Part shown: one piece after another, positions 31,134 to 40,692 of the stretch
Layout: each line of letters begins with the position of its first letter
How positions within the stretch are numbered: position 1 is the stretch's first letter
Assembly (NCBI GenBank): GCA_944391645.1
Contig: CALXUH010000033.1
Coordinates: forward strand, 1-49,117
Origin: an uncultured Clostridia bacterium
GTDB lineage: Bacteria > Bacillota > Clostridia > TANB77 > CAG-508
Direction: 5' to 3'
DNA: 49,117 nt
Translations under genes and position numbers: made by a program
The notes under the pieces: model-generated
Databases searched by the model: none
What the model saw: the letters and a program-made list of their open reading frames with translations, nothing else
What the model was told of the DNA's origin: nothing

Positions 31134-32630
31134 TTAAACATTATTAAGCGGTTTCATTGTTGGGAAAAATAAAATATCTCTAATTGAAGCTGAATCTGTC
31201 AAAAGCATTATTAATCTATCTAGTCCTATTCCCATTCCTCCTGTTGGTGGAAGTCCAATTTCTAAGGCAGTTACAAAATCTTCATCCATTCCTCCAGCTT
31301 CTTCATCACCTTTTTGTTTTGCCTCAACCTGTTTCATAAATCTTTCATATTGGTCTAAAGGATCATTTAATTCTGAATACGCATTTCCATATTCACGTCC
31401 ACCAATAAATAACTCAAACCTTTCTACTAAGCTTGGATTATCTGGTTTCCTTTTTGTAAGTGGTGATACTTCCACAGGGTAGTCTATAATAAATGTTGGT
31501 TGTATTAAAGTATCTTCAACATATTCTTCAAAAAATGCATTTATCACATGACCTCTTGTTTGTTTTGTTGCTTCTAGCTCTATTTCTTTTTCTTTAGCTA
31601 GTTTTAACGCTTCTTCGTCAGTTTTTATTTCATTAAAATCTATACCAGTTACCTCTTTAATGCTGTCAATCATTGAAATTCTTTTCCAACCTGGTGTTAA
31701 ATCTATATCTACACCTTGATAAGTTATTTTAGTTGTTCCCAAAACATTTTGAGCAATTGTTGATATTATTTTTTCGGCAATGTTCATCATATCATTATAA
31801 TCTTCATATGCTGAGTAAAATTCTATATTTGTAAATTCTGGATTATGTTTTATATCCATGCCTTCATTTCTAAAGTTTTTACCTATTTCATATACTTTAT
31901 CAAATCCACCTACAATTAATCTTTTTAAATTTAATTCTGGTGCTATTCTTAAATACATATCCAAATTTAATGTATTATGATGTGTAATAAATGGTCTTGC
32001 TGCATCTCCTGTTGCAACTGTTGTAAGCATTGGAGTCTCAACTTCTAAATATCCTTCTTCTTCTAATATTCTTCTTAATTCTTTTATTATTTTGCTTCTT
32101 TTTATAAATGTTTCCTTAACTTCTGGGTTTACTATTAAATCAACATATCTTTGTCTATATCTTAATTCAGTATCTTTTAAACCATGAAATTTTTCTGGTA
32201 ATGGTCTTAAAGATTTTGTAAGCAATACCATTTCTTTTGCATGGACAGAAATTTCTCCTGTTTTAGTCTTAAATACAAAACCTGTTATTCCAACAATATC
32301 TCCTATATCATATGTTTTAAATTCTTTGTAATTCTCTTCTCCTAAATCATTTAAACTTACATAGCTTTGTATTTTACCTTGCATATCTTGTATATGGCAA
32401 AATGATGCCTTACCCATAATTCTTTTTGCCATTAATCTGCCTGCTATAGTTACATCTTTTCCTTCAAGTTCATCATAATTTTCCTTTATTTGCTCACTAT
32501 TATGTGTTCTATTGTACTTTGTTATTTTGAAAGGGTCTTTATTTTGTTTTCTTAATTCCTCCAATTTTTCTTTTCTTATTGTGATTAAATGATTTTCGTC
32601 TAATATTTGTTCATTGTTTTTTTGTTCCAT
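31134..32630 (-). CDS. lysS: lysyl-tRNA synthetase (class II)
   Basis: 498 aa with an OB-fold N-domain and class II motifs (FRNEG.., [10 protein letters not shown]). Confidence 0.95.
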   Translation of the reverse strand: MEQKNNEQILDENHLITIRKEKLEELRKQNKDPFKITKYNRTHNSEQIKENYDELEGKDVTIAGRLMAKRIMGKASFCHIQDMQGKIQSYVSLNDLGEENYKEFKTYDIGDIVGITGFVFKTKTGEISVHAKEMVLLTKSLRPLPEKFHGLKDTELRYRQRYVDLIVNPEVKETFIKRSKIIKELRRILEEEGYLEVETPMLTTVATGDAARPFITHHNTLNLDMYLRIAPELNLKRLIVGGFDKVYEIGKNFRNEGMDIKHNPEFTNIEFYSAYEDYNDMMNIAEKIISTIAQNVLGTTKITYQGVDIDLTPGWKRISMIDSIKEVTGIDFNEIKTDEEALKLAKEKEIELEATKQTRGHVINAFFEEYVEDTLIQPTFIIDYPVEVSPLTKRKPDNPSLVERFELFIGGREYGNAYSELNDPLDQYERFMKQVEAKQKGDEEAGGMDEDFVTALEIGLPPTGGMGIGLDRLIMLLTDSASIRDILFFPTMKPLNNV

Positions 32631-32657
32631 TTTATCAATCTCCCTTCAATATTGAAA

Positions 32658-32686
32658 TATTATATAATATTTTTTATAAAATGTAA
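32658..32686 (-). promoter_or_regulatory. sigma-A-type promoter upstream of lysS
   Basis: TTTACA (32686..32681), a 17-nt spacer, then TATAAT (32663..32658). Confidence 0.5.
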
Positions 32687-32740
32687 ACCTGTATTAATAA
32701 ATTTAAGGGAATAATTTTACCATATAAAAATTAAAATTTT

Positions 32741-33664
32741 TTATATTGACTGTATTTCTTTCATAAAATTTTTATATTTTATATAAAATACATCTGCATC
32801 TTTTTTACTTATAGAATTTAATATTTCATTTAGTAACACATATACTTTATTAGTTTTTTGCGTTTTATCTTTTGTATAATCTATATCACTCATTATTTCC
32901 GAATAGATATTAATTGCTTGTTTTAAATTTTTCTCTATTTCTATGTTGTCCATATTTTCTGCTAAAACATAAGCATTTATAACATAATTTTGTGTTTGTT
33001 TTATTTTCAGCATATTTTTTTCTGCATTTAATTCCTGTAAGATTTCCGGTATACTTGAATATAAGCTTGCAAGAGTCATTAAGCTTTGCTCTTTATTTTC
33101 ATCTCTTATTGTTACTAAGCATGTATTAAGCTTATTACTAAATTCTTGTATTGTTTCGCTTTTTACATTAAGTGTATATAAATCCAATATAATTATTGAC
33201 CAACTTTCTTCTAATAATTCTATTTCATTTTTTACTGTTGTCCAGTCTATGTCATTTCTATCTTTATCTAATTCTGCATTCATTACCATGTTTGTTGCAT
33301 TAATTTTCTCATTATTTGTTTCACTTTGTGCCTGCTTATCTCCTTGCTGGTTTGTATTACCTGAGTTTTCTCCCTCTTCGGTTGCATTTGCATTTTCACT
33401 TGATTTTTCTGATTGATTTTGACTTGTTTGTTTTTCTTCTCCATCAAATTGTACTTGCTCGGAAACAATATAGTAACTCTCAAAAGAAATATTGTTTAAT
33501 TTATTTAACATGTCTATAGTTTTCATATCTATATACTCTAGTTCTGAAATTACTTTTGTATTTAAGTCTGTATCTGTTTTTTCTGAACATCCTGTTAAAA
33601 AAAATAATGTCAATATTGCTATTATAACGATTTTAATATTTTTATTTTTTTTCAAAAATATCAC
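32741..33664 (-). CDS. lipoprotein of unknown function
   Basis: Signal peptide with the lipobox LTGC (..LTLFFLTGCSEK) and a low-complexity Q/N/E/S-rich linker. Confidence 0.65.
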   Translation of the reverse strand: MIFLKKNKNIKIVIIAILTLFFLTGCSEKTDTDLNTKVISELEYIDMKTIDMLNKLNNISFESYYIVSEQVQFDGEEKQTSQNQSEKSSENANATEEGENSGNTNQQGDKQAQSETNNEKINATNMVMNAELDKDRNDIDWTTVKNEIELLEESWSIIILDLYTLNVKSETIQEFSNKLNTCLVTIRDENKEQSLMTLASLYSSIPEILQELNAEKNMLKIKQTQNYVINAYVLAENMDNIEIEKNLKQAINIYSEIMSDIDYTKDKTQKTNKVYVLLNEILNSISKKDADVFYIKYKNFMKEIQSI

Positions 33665-33763
33665 CTATTAATAATTTACCCCAAAAAATACCTTTTATTC
33701 TTTTACATACATATTCACATTCTGCAAATACTAAATTGTACAAATATATAATTGGAGATTTTT

Positions 33764-34045
33764 ATGAGTGCAATTATTAATATTTATAGCGAAAATGTAA
33801 ATGAAATTAAAAATTTTGTAGATAAATTTTATGGGAATAATACTAATATCTTAAACAGTCTAAAATATGAAGTAATTTTTGAAAATCCTATCCATGCTTC
33901 TGATATGATTAGTGCTTTTATTGATAATAATGATAAATTTAAAATTAGCATGTGGCTTAGCTTAGATAAGGGAATTTTTATTAATGTAAATGAACAAAAC
34001 GCAAATAAAATAATAAGGTATCTTTTTGAAAGATACCCCTATTAA
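33764..34045 (+). CDS. hypothetical protein (93 aa)
   Basis: ATG 33764 preceded by a GGAGA SD. This is one of the few plus-strand ORFs. Confidence 0.5.
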   Translation: MSAIINIYSENVNEIKNFVDKFYGNNTNILNSLKYEVIFENPIHASDMISAFIDNNDKFKISMWLSLDKGIFINVNEQNANKIIRYLFERYPY

Positions 34046-34082
34046 TAACTTAATTCCTATAATTGCAAAAATTAAAACTATT

Positions 34083-34520
34083 TTACTCTTCATTATTAGT
34101 TTCTGTTTCATCTTCTATTTTATTTTCATTAGTTTCTTTTGGTGTTGATACTTCTTCTTTTTTAGCTATATCAACATTTTCCAATTTATGACCACATTTT
34201 GAACAAAACAATGCATCTTTTTCTATTTCTGCATAACATTTTGGGCATTGTTTTTTATTATTTAATTTTAAGATTTTCTTTCTTGCTATTTCAATTTCTT
34301 TAGATATGCTATCTATTTTTTCACATTCTTCTTGTAAATCATCTTTTATTGAAATACCTTCTTCATTAATATGACTTTGATAAACTTTTTTACCTATTTC
34401 TTCATATAAGTCACTTATTTTATTTTTTCCATCATTAATTTCAAATTTTAGTTTTGTCGACATAGTTATTTTTTTTGTTGCCTCTGATGTTTTCTTACCA
34501 ATTTCATTAAAAATACCCAT
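34083..34520 (-). CDS. zinc-ribbon protein with coiled-coil N-terminus
   Basis: CPKC..(x14)..CSKCG pair near the C-terminus, followed by an acidic tail. Confidence 0.6.
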   Translation of the reverse strand: MGIFNEIGKKTSEATKKITMSTKLKFEINDGKNKISDLYEEIGKKVYQSHINEEGISIKDDLQEECEKIDSISKEIEIARKKILKLNNKKQCPKCYAEIEKDALFCSKCGHKLENVDIAKKEEVSTPKETNENKIEDETETNNEE

Positions 34521-34565
34521 TTACTTCACCTCAAAACTATTATTTACAATATATATTTTTTTATT

Positions 34566-35552
34566 CTAATCCTCAAATTTTACTCCTCTTGTCATTAGTT
34601 TTGTTACTGCTTCTCTAGGATCTAAATTTCCGAACAAGACATTATATACTGAATTTACAATTGGCATTTCAACATTATACTTCTTAGAAAGCTCATAAAC
34701 TATTTTTATATTGTCTATACTTTCAATTACCATTCCAATTTCTTTTTTTGCTTCTTCAACAGTTTTTCCTTGGCCAATTAATATACCAGCTCTTCTATTT
34801 CTACTGTGTTTACTCATACATGTAACAATTAAATCTCCTAGACCTGTTAATCCATAAAGAGTTGACGCATCTCCTCCCATTTTTACAGTTAACTTTGTCA
34901 TCTCAGAAAGTCCTCTTGTAAGTAATGCTGCAAATGAATTATCTCCCAAGTTTAGTCCTGTAATTATACCTGCGCAAAATGCAATTATATTTTTTAATGC
35001 TCCTCCAAGTTCAACTCCTCTTATGTCATAAGATTTATATATTCTAAGGTTCTCACTCATAAAAGTTTCACTAATATTATCTAATACATTTTCATCTTTT
35101 GATGCTACTACAAGTGCTGTTGGTATTTCTATTGAAACTTCTTCAGCATGACTTGGTCCAGAAAGACCTGCTACTTTTGAATTTGGTAATTCCTCTTGAA
35201 CAACCTCATCTAGAGAATATAATGTTCCTTCTTCAAGACCTTTAGAGCATATTATTATTATTTGATTTGTAACATACTGCTTAAATTTTTTTATAGTTTC
35301 TCTTACAAATTTTGATGGTGTAACAATTAAAATCATTTCAGTACCATCAATTGCATCTTTAAAACTCGTTGTACAATATACTGTTTCTGGTACAACAGCC
35401 TGTGGCAAAAATTTGCATTTTCTTTCATTATTTATTAATTTTGCTTCTTCTTCTGCAAAAGACCATACTTTTACATTATGCCCTTTTTTTGCAAGGTGAA
35501 TAGCTAAGGCAGTTCCCCAGCTTCCGCTTCCAATAATTGATATATTTTTCAT
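34566..35552 (-). CDS. gpsA: NAD(P)H-dependent glycerol-3-phosphate dehydrogenase
   Basis: IIGSGSWGTALA Rossmann motif. It sits in a der-plsY-gpsA arrangement. Confidence 0.93.
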   Translation of the reverse strand: MKNISIIGSGSWGTALAIHLAKKGHNVKVWSFAEEEAKLINNERKCKFLPQAVVPETVYCTTSFKDAIDGTEMILIVTPSKFVRETIKKFKQYVTNQIIIICSKGLEEGTLYSLDEVVQEELPNSKVAGLSGPSHAEEVSIEIPTALVVASKDENVLDNISETFMSENLRIYKSYDIRGVELGGALKNIIAFCAGIITGLNLGDNSFAALLTRGLSEMTKLTVKMGGDASTLYGLTGLGDLIVTCMSKHSRNRRAGILIGQGKTVEEAKKEIGMVIESIDNIKIVYELSKKYNVEMPIVNSVYNVLFGNLDPREAVTKLMTRGVKFED

Positions 35553-35561
35553 TGGTTCCTC

Positions 35562-36167
35562 CTATTTTTTAAATGATAATTTATTTTCTTTTCCCTCTTT
35601 TATTCTTTTTATATTGCTTCTATGGTTAAATATAATTAATCCTGCAATTAGGAAACTAAATAATATTCCAACAATATTTACATCTTCTTGTATGAAAATT
35701 GTTAATATTGGAAAAAGTATTGCTGCACTAATTGAGCCTAAAGATACCATTTTGCTTAATGCAATTACAATTATTCCAAACACCAAACATATTAATCCTA
35801 TTTTCCAGTTTATCATTAATAAAACTCCTATTGCTGTTGCTACACCTTTTCCTCCTCTAAACTCGAAAAATATTGGAAATGTGTGTCCTAGTATTACCAT
35901 AAAACCTGCAATATAGCTTAATGTTACAAAATTATATCCATCCCATATATAAATTGTAGCAATTGCTAAAACACCTTTTAATATGTCACACAATAGTGTA
36001 AGTAATGCGACTTTTTTACCTACTGTTCTTAATACATTAGTTGTTCCTGCATTTTTACTGCCCTTTTCTCTTACATCAAAACCGGCAAACTTTCTGCTAA
36101 AAATTACCGCAAAATTAATACTTCCAATAACATATGCAACTATTGCAACTGTAAGAAATGTTTCCAT
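35562..36167 (-). CDS. plsY: glycerol-3-phosphate acyltransferase PlsY
   Basis: 201 aa, polytopic, with GSKNAGTTNV and FRGGKGVAT motifs. Confidence 0.9.
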   Translation of the reverse strand: METFLTVAIVAYVIGSINFAVIFSRKFAGFDVREKGSKNAGTTNVLRTVGKKVALLTLLCDILKGVLAIATIYIWDGYNFVTLSYIAGFMVILGHTFPIFFEFRGGKGVATAIGVLLMINWKIGLICLVFGIIVIALSKMVSLGSISAAILFPILTIFIQEDVNIVGILFSFLIAGLIIFNHRSNIKRIKEGKENKLSFKK

Positions 36168-36181
36168 AAATATACCTCCTT

Positions 36182-37501
36182 TTATACATTTTTTTCTCTA
36201 GCAATTATTCTTATTGGTGTTCCTTCTAATTCAAAATTATTTCTTATTTGATTTGACAAATATCTTTCATATGAAAAGTGGAATAATTCTTTACTATTAA
36301 CAAATATAACAAATGTTGGTGGCTTAGATGTGGCTTGAGTAGCATACAAAATTTTTAATCTTTTTCCTTTATCTGTTGGTGGTTGTACTACTGCAATTGC
36401 CTCATTTATAACCTGATTTAATACTGATGTAGATATTCTCATACTGTTATTTTTAGCTACTTTTTGTATTAAATCAAATAATTTATCAATTCTTTGTCCT
36501 GTTTTAGCTGATATAAATATAATCGGTGCATATGTTAAATAACTTAATTTATTATATACTTCTTTTTTTTTTTTTTTTAATGTTACAATTTCTTCTTCTA
36601 TTTCATCCCATTTATTTATAACAATTATTATTCCTTTTCCAGCTTCGTGAGCTTCTCCTGCAATTTTTGTATCTTGTTCTGTAACTCCCTCTTTTGCATC
36701 TATCATCATTAAGCAAACGTCTGACCTTTCTATTGCAAGTAGTGTCCTCATTACACTAAATTTTTCTATATTATCATTTACCTTATTCTTTTTTCTAATT
36801 CCTGCTGTATCTATGAAATTATATTTTCCTGTATTATTTTCAAAATATGAATCTATTGCATCTCTGGTAGTTCCTGCTACATTGCTTACAATAACTCTAT
36901 TTTCTCCTAAAATTTTATTTACTAAAGATGACTTTCCTACATTCGGTTTTCCTATTATAGCAACATTTATTACTTCTCCGTCGTTTTCTTTTTCATCTTT
37001 ATCTGGAAAATGTTTATATATCTCATCTAAGACGTCTCCTATCCCTAAAGCATTTGTAGATGAAACTGGCATTGGTTCTCCTAATCCAAGATTATAAAAC
37101 TCATATATATCATCACTAGTTTTTCCATAATTATCTGCTTTATTGCATACAAGTACTATTGGTTTTCCTGATTTTTTTAGTATCATTGCAATTTCCTCAT
37201 CTGTAGCTGTAACACCTTGTTTTATATCTGTTATAAATACAATTACATCTGCCATATTTATTGCAATATTTGCTTGTTCCCTCATTCCCAATAAAATAGT
37301 ATCATTGGATTCTAGTTCTATTCCTGCAGTATCTATAAGAGTAAAATCTCTTCCTCTCCAATTGCTATCTGCATATATTCTATCCCTTGTTACTCCTGGC
37401 ATATCTTCAACAATTGAAAGCCTCTTTCCTATTATATAATTAAAAAACGTTGATTTTCCTACATTTGGCTTTCCTATTATAGCCACTATTGGCTTTGCCA
37501 T
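36182..37501 (-). CDS. der: ribosome-associated GTPase Der/EngA
   Basis: Two G domains (GKPNVGKST and GKPNVGKSS, DTAG twice, NKxD twice) plus a KH-like C-terminus. I prefer ATG 37501 after an AGGTG SD. It contains an A16 run (see findings). Confidence 0.93.
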   Translation of the reverse strand: MAKPIVAIIGKPNVGKSTFFNYIIGKRLSIVEDMPGVTRDRIYADSNWRGRDFTLIDTAGIELESNDTILLGMREQANIAINMADVIVFITDIKQGVTATDEEIAMILKKSGKPIVLVCNKADNYGKTSDDIYEFYNLGLGEPMPVSSTNALGIGDVLDEIYKHFPDKDEKENDGEVINVAIIGKPNVGKSSLVNKILGENRVIVSNVAGTTRDAIDSYFENNTGKYNFIDTAGIRKKNKVNDNIEKFSVMRTLLAIERSDVCLMMIDAKEGVTEQDTKIAGEAHEAGKGIIIVINKWDEIEEEIVTLKKKKKEVYNKLSYLTYAPIIFISAKTGQRIDKLFDLIQKVAKNNSMRISTSVLNQVINEAIAVVQPPTDKGKRLKILYATQATSKPPTFVIFVNSKELFHFSYERYLSNQIRNNFELEGTPIRIIAREKNV

Positions 37502-37606
37502 TTTTTTCACCTAACTTTCATCTTGTATTTTATATCATTTATATATTTTAGTCAATAAAAACTTTATAAAAACTCGTATATCAATATAAAAAAAGATGCT
37601 TGTAAT

Positions 37607-37789
37607 TTAAGCATCCTTTTTTTCTATAACTTCTTTTCCATCATAATATCCACAGTTTGGGCAAACCCTATGTGGCATTACTGGTTCATTACAATGTTTG
37701 CATCTTGCAATACTTGGTTTTTCTAATTTCCATGTTGATCTTTTTAAATGTGTTCTTTCTTTTGACCATCTTCTTTTTGGTTGTGCCAT
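37607..37789 (-). CDS. rpmF: 50S ribosomal protein L32
   Basis: 60 aa with MAQPKRRWSK and a zinc-ribbon CxxC..CxxC. Confidence 0.9.
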   Translation of the reverse strand: MAQPKRRWSKERTHLKRSTWKLEKPSIARCKHCNEPVMPHRVCPNCGYYDGKEVIEKKDA

Positions 37790-37975
37790 TTTTTTCCCTC
37801 CTTAACTTATATGCATAATATCTATGTTAATATTTTTTACATTTTTACTACTAAACTAGTATACTCGCAAATTAAGTTTTTGTCAAGAGGTTATTAACAT
37901 TTTTTATAGTCTAATCATATTATATATTGTAAGTCTTTTATATTCTTACAATATATTTTAAAGGATTGGTGTATA

Positions 37976-38446
37976 ATGGAAGAAGATAAAACTATGTGTC
38001 CTGTTGTTAATATTAATGGTTTTGCGGAGAAAGGTAAACAGTTTGATTTAAATATTACAATTCCTGAAGATAACAGAAATGTTATTTATGGAATTATTAA
38101 AGATTGCTATAAAGAACCTGTTGAAGATGCCATTGTTAAATTAATAGAAATTGATTTTAAGCATGGTAAAAAAGAAAGGAAACCTGTTTCCCACACTTTT
38201 ACAGATAAAGACGGCGAGTTTATTTTTGGTCCACTTTGCCCAGATAAGCAATATGAAATTCAAATTTGGGTAGATAGAGTTAAACATGTTAAAATTTGTG
38301 CAGAATGTGGTAGACATGGTAAATGTTTAAAAGGTGTAAAATTAGACTGTGATAAATCATATGATGGCGATATGTATGATTCTTGTGAAGAACCTAATAT
38401 GTGCGACTCCCCTGATGAACATGGCCATAATGACGATTGTAAATAA
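37976..38446 (+). CDS. hypothetical protein with carboxypeptidase-regulatory-like beta-sandwich and Cys/Asp/His-rich tail
   Basis: Contains VIYGIIKD..VEDAIVKL..TDKDGEFIFGPL..YEIQIW and the tail CDKSYDGDMYDSCEEPNMCDSPDEHGHNDDCK. Confidence 0.5.
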   Translation: MEEDKTMCPVVNINGFAEKGKQFDLNITIPEDNRNVIYGIIKDCYKEPVEDAIVKLIEIDFKHGKKERKPVSHTFTDKDGEFIFGPLCPDKQYEIQIWVDRVKHVKICAECGRHGKCLKGVKLDCDKSYDGDMYDSCEEPNMCDSPDEHGHNDDCK

Positions 38447-38543
38447 TCTTTAGAGAAGAATTAAAAATTCTTCTCTTTATTTTTGACATTTCCATTTTGA
38501 TATTGTATAATTTATTTTATATAATATAAGGAGATGTAAATTT

Positions 38544-39395
38544 ATGTTTGGAAAAAGAACTGATGGTAGAAGGCTTAGAAAAATTAGTCCATTTTTTCTT
38601 CTTATGCCTCATATTATGAAAAGAAGGAGTGACGCTCAGGTTTTTTATTCTCATGAAATTCCTATTGCCCCTTTGGATGAATATATTGCAAAAAAAGATG
38701 CAGAAGGTATCAAAATGTCATATATGTCTATTATTTATGCATCACTTGTAAGAATTCTTGCAGAAAAACCTTTAATTAATCGCTTTGTTATGAATGGAAG
38801 AGTTTATGCTAGAAATAGTATTGATATATCTCTTGCAATAAAAAAAGGGATGAATGAAACTGCTGAAGAAACAACTTTAAAACTACATTTTAAAGGTTCA
38901 GAAAATATATTTGAAATTAGGAATCGTTTAGAAGAAGCTATTGTTCAAAACAAAGCTGTTACCGCAGAAAATGGTACAGATAAATTGGCAAAAGCATTAG
39001 CTTATATTCCTAGTTGGCTTATAAAACTTATTGTTAATTTTCTAATATTTTTGGATAAACATGATTTAATGCCAAAATTTATTATAGAAGCAAGTCCTTT
39101 TCATACTAGTGCTTTTCTTACAAATGTTGGTTCTCTTGGAATTGATTCAATATATCACCATTTATATGATTTTGGAACAACAGGTGTATTTTTAGCAATG
39201 GGTAAAAAGAAAAAAAGTCTTATAAATGATGATGATGTGCTTACTGAAGAAAAAACTCTTTCTCTTCGTTGGGTTTTAGATGAGAGAATTTGTGATGGAT
39301 ATTATTATGCAAATGCAGTAAAATTATTTACCAAATATATGAAAAAACCTGAACTGTTAGAAGTTAATATTGAACCTATTGAAGATGTTAAATAA
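38544..39395 (+). CDS. 2-oxoacid dehydrogenase E2 / CAT-like acyltransferase catalytic-domain protein (stand-alone)
   Basis: 283 aa. The C-terminal DERICDGYYYA resembles the DHRxxDG catalytic motif. It has no lipoyl domain. Confidence 0.6.
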   Translation: MFGKRTDGRRLRKISPFFLLMPHIMKRRSDAQVFYSHEIPIAPLDEYIAKKDAEGIKMSYMSIIYASLVRILAEKPLINRFVMNGRVYARNSIDISLAIKKGMNETAEETTLKLHFKGSENIFEIRNRLEEAIVQNKAVTAENGTDKLAKALAYIPSWLIKLIVNFLIFLDKHDLMPKFIIEASPFHTSAFLTNVGSLGIDSIYHHLYDFGTTGVFLAMGKKKKSLINDDDVLTEEKTLSLRWVLDERICDGYYYANAVKLFTKYMKKPELLEVNIEPIEDVK

Positions 39396-39431
39396 AATAA
39401 AAGCAATCAAAAGATTGCTTTTATTTTATTA

Positions 39432-39620
39432 TTAAATTAATATCATTAACCCGCCTATTACACTTAGCATAAATCCTACTATTTTTAATCCCTTTACTCC
39501 CTCGTTTTGGTCTCCAAAACTAAATATTTTTTTTGTTATTGGTCTTGCATCATATACTAGTAAAACTCCACATGCTACAATTAATACTCCAATTATTTCT
39601 ACCATTTTTTTATTCCACAT
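39432..39620 (-). CDS. small two-TM membrane protein (62 aa)
   Basis: Two hydrophobic helices. It lies directly downstream of holA. Confidence 0.45.
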   Translation of the reverse strand: MWNKKMVEIIGVLIVACGVLLVYDARPITKKIFSFGDQNEGVKGLKIVGFMLSVIGGLMILI

Positions 39621-39630
39621 CCTTTAATTA

Positions 39631-40656
39631 TTAACAATATGCACAAAGTATTGCCTCTAGTCCTATATTTATATCTATATTTCCTTGCTTATAATTATAA
39701 TCTAAATCTATAAATTCTTGCAATATTTTTCTTAAATGTTGTTGACTAAAATATTCTGATTGCATTTTATACTTGCTTACTAAAAATGTTTGGTTTGGTT
39801 TTAATTTAAGTGCCTCCAAAATATTTATATTGTACATAATCGCAAGTTTAGTTAAATATATTTTTTTAAAATGATTATATAATGTCACTAATATTTTCTG
39901 TACTGGCTCTTTATTATATATAAGCTCATGTAATATTTCTAATGCATTTGATGTATTTTTTTTACCTAAAGCATCTGTTAAATCAAATATTATACTGTCC
40001 AATTCTTTAATAGATAATAAATCTATTGCTTCTTTTGTTATTACCCCTTCTTCACCTGCATATTCTATAAGTTTACGTATTTCATTTATTAAAACTTGCA
40101 TGTTTGTACCACATATTTCTATAAATTCTTGTAAAACTTCTTCACTAATTTTCACCTTATATAGATTACAGATTGATTTTATCATTTTAGCTATTTGTAT
40201 TGGTTTTAATTTTTCAAAATTACAAACAACCCCATATTTTTCTATTGTTTTAGAAAGTGTATTTATTTCTATATTATCTTCTATAAAAACCAATACTACA
40301 GTTTTTTTTATTATATCTATATTTTTTTCTATATACACAGCTATCTCATTTTGTAGACTATTATCTGCCTTATTACTTTTTCGCCCTACTGTTTTACTTT
40401 TTTTAAATAATCCAGATTTTTTTATAATTATTAATTTTTTTTCAAAGCCAAAACTTGGCATTTGAATTTCTTGCACTAATGAATTTATATTTGTTTCATC
40501 AATTTGTATATAATTTATTCCAAATACATAATCTCCAAATAACCTTTTTATTTTTTTTAGTGTGTTTTCTATTAAGTATTGTTCTTCACCATATAATAAA
40601 TATAAACTGTTTAAATTTCCTTGCTTTAATTCTTGTTCCAATTTTTGTATAGTCAT
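39631..40656 (-). CDS. holA: DNA polymerase III delta subunit
   Basis: 341 aa with N-terminal LYLLYGEEQYL and a length and architecture typical of HolA. Confidence 0.8.
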   Translation of the reverse strand: MTIQKLEQELKQGNLNSLYLLYGEEQYLIENTLKKIKRLFGDYVFGINYIQIDETNINSLVQEIQMPSFGFEKKLIIIKKSGLFKKSKTVGRKSNKADNSLQNEIAVYIEKNIDIIKKTVVLVFIEDNIEINTLSKTIEKYGVVCNFEKLKPIQIAKMIKSICNLYKVKISEEVLQEFIEICGTNMQVLINEIRKLIEYAGEEGVITKEAIDLLSIKELDSIIFDLTDALGKKNTSNALEILHELIYNKEPVQKILVTLYNHFKKIYLTKLAIMYNINILEALKLKPNQTFLVSKYKMQSEYFSQQHLRKILQEFIDLDYNYKQGNIDINIGLEAILCAYC

Positions 40657-40692
40657 TTTTACTCCTTTAGGTAACTTAGCTTATACAATATA

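Noticed and set aside
33283-33483. A 66-aa minus-strand ORF nested in the lipoprotein gene.
   Set aside because: It is an alternative frame of 32741..33664, within that gene's low-complexity Q/N/E-rich region. It has no independent start signals.
36563-36578. The T16 run as a terminator U-tract or an assembly gap-filler.
   Set aside because: It lies inside the intact der reading frame, where it encodes KKKKK. No hairpin precedes it.
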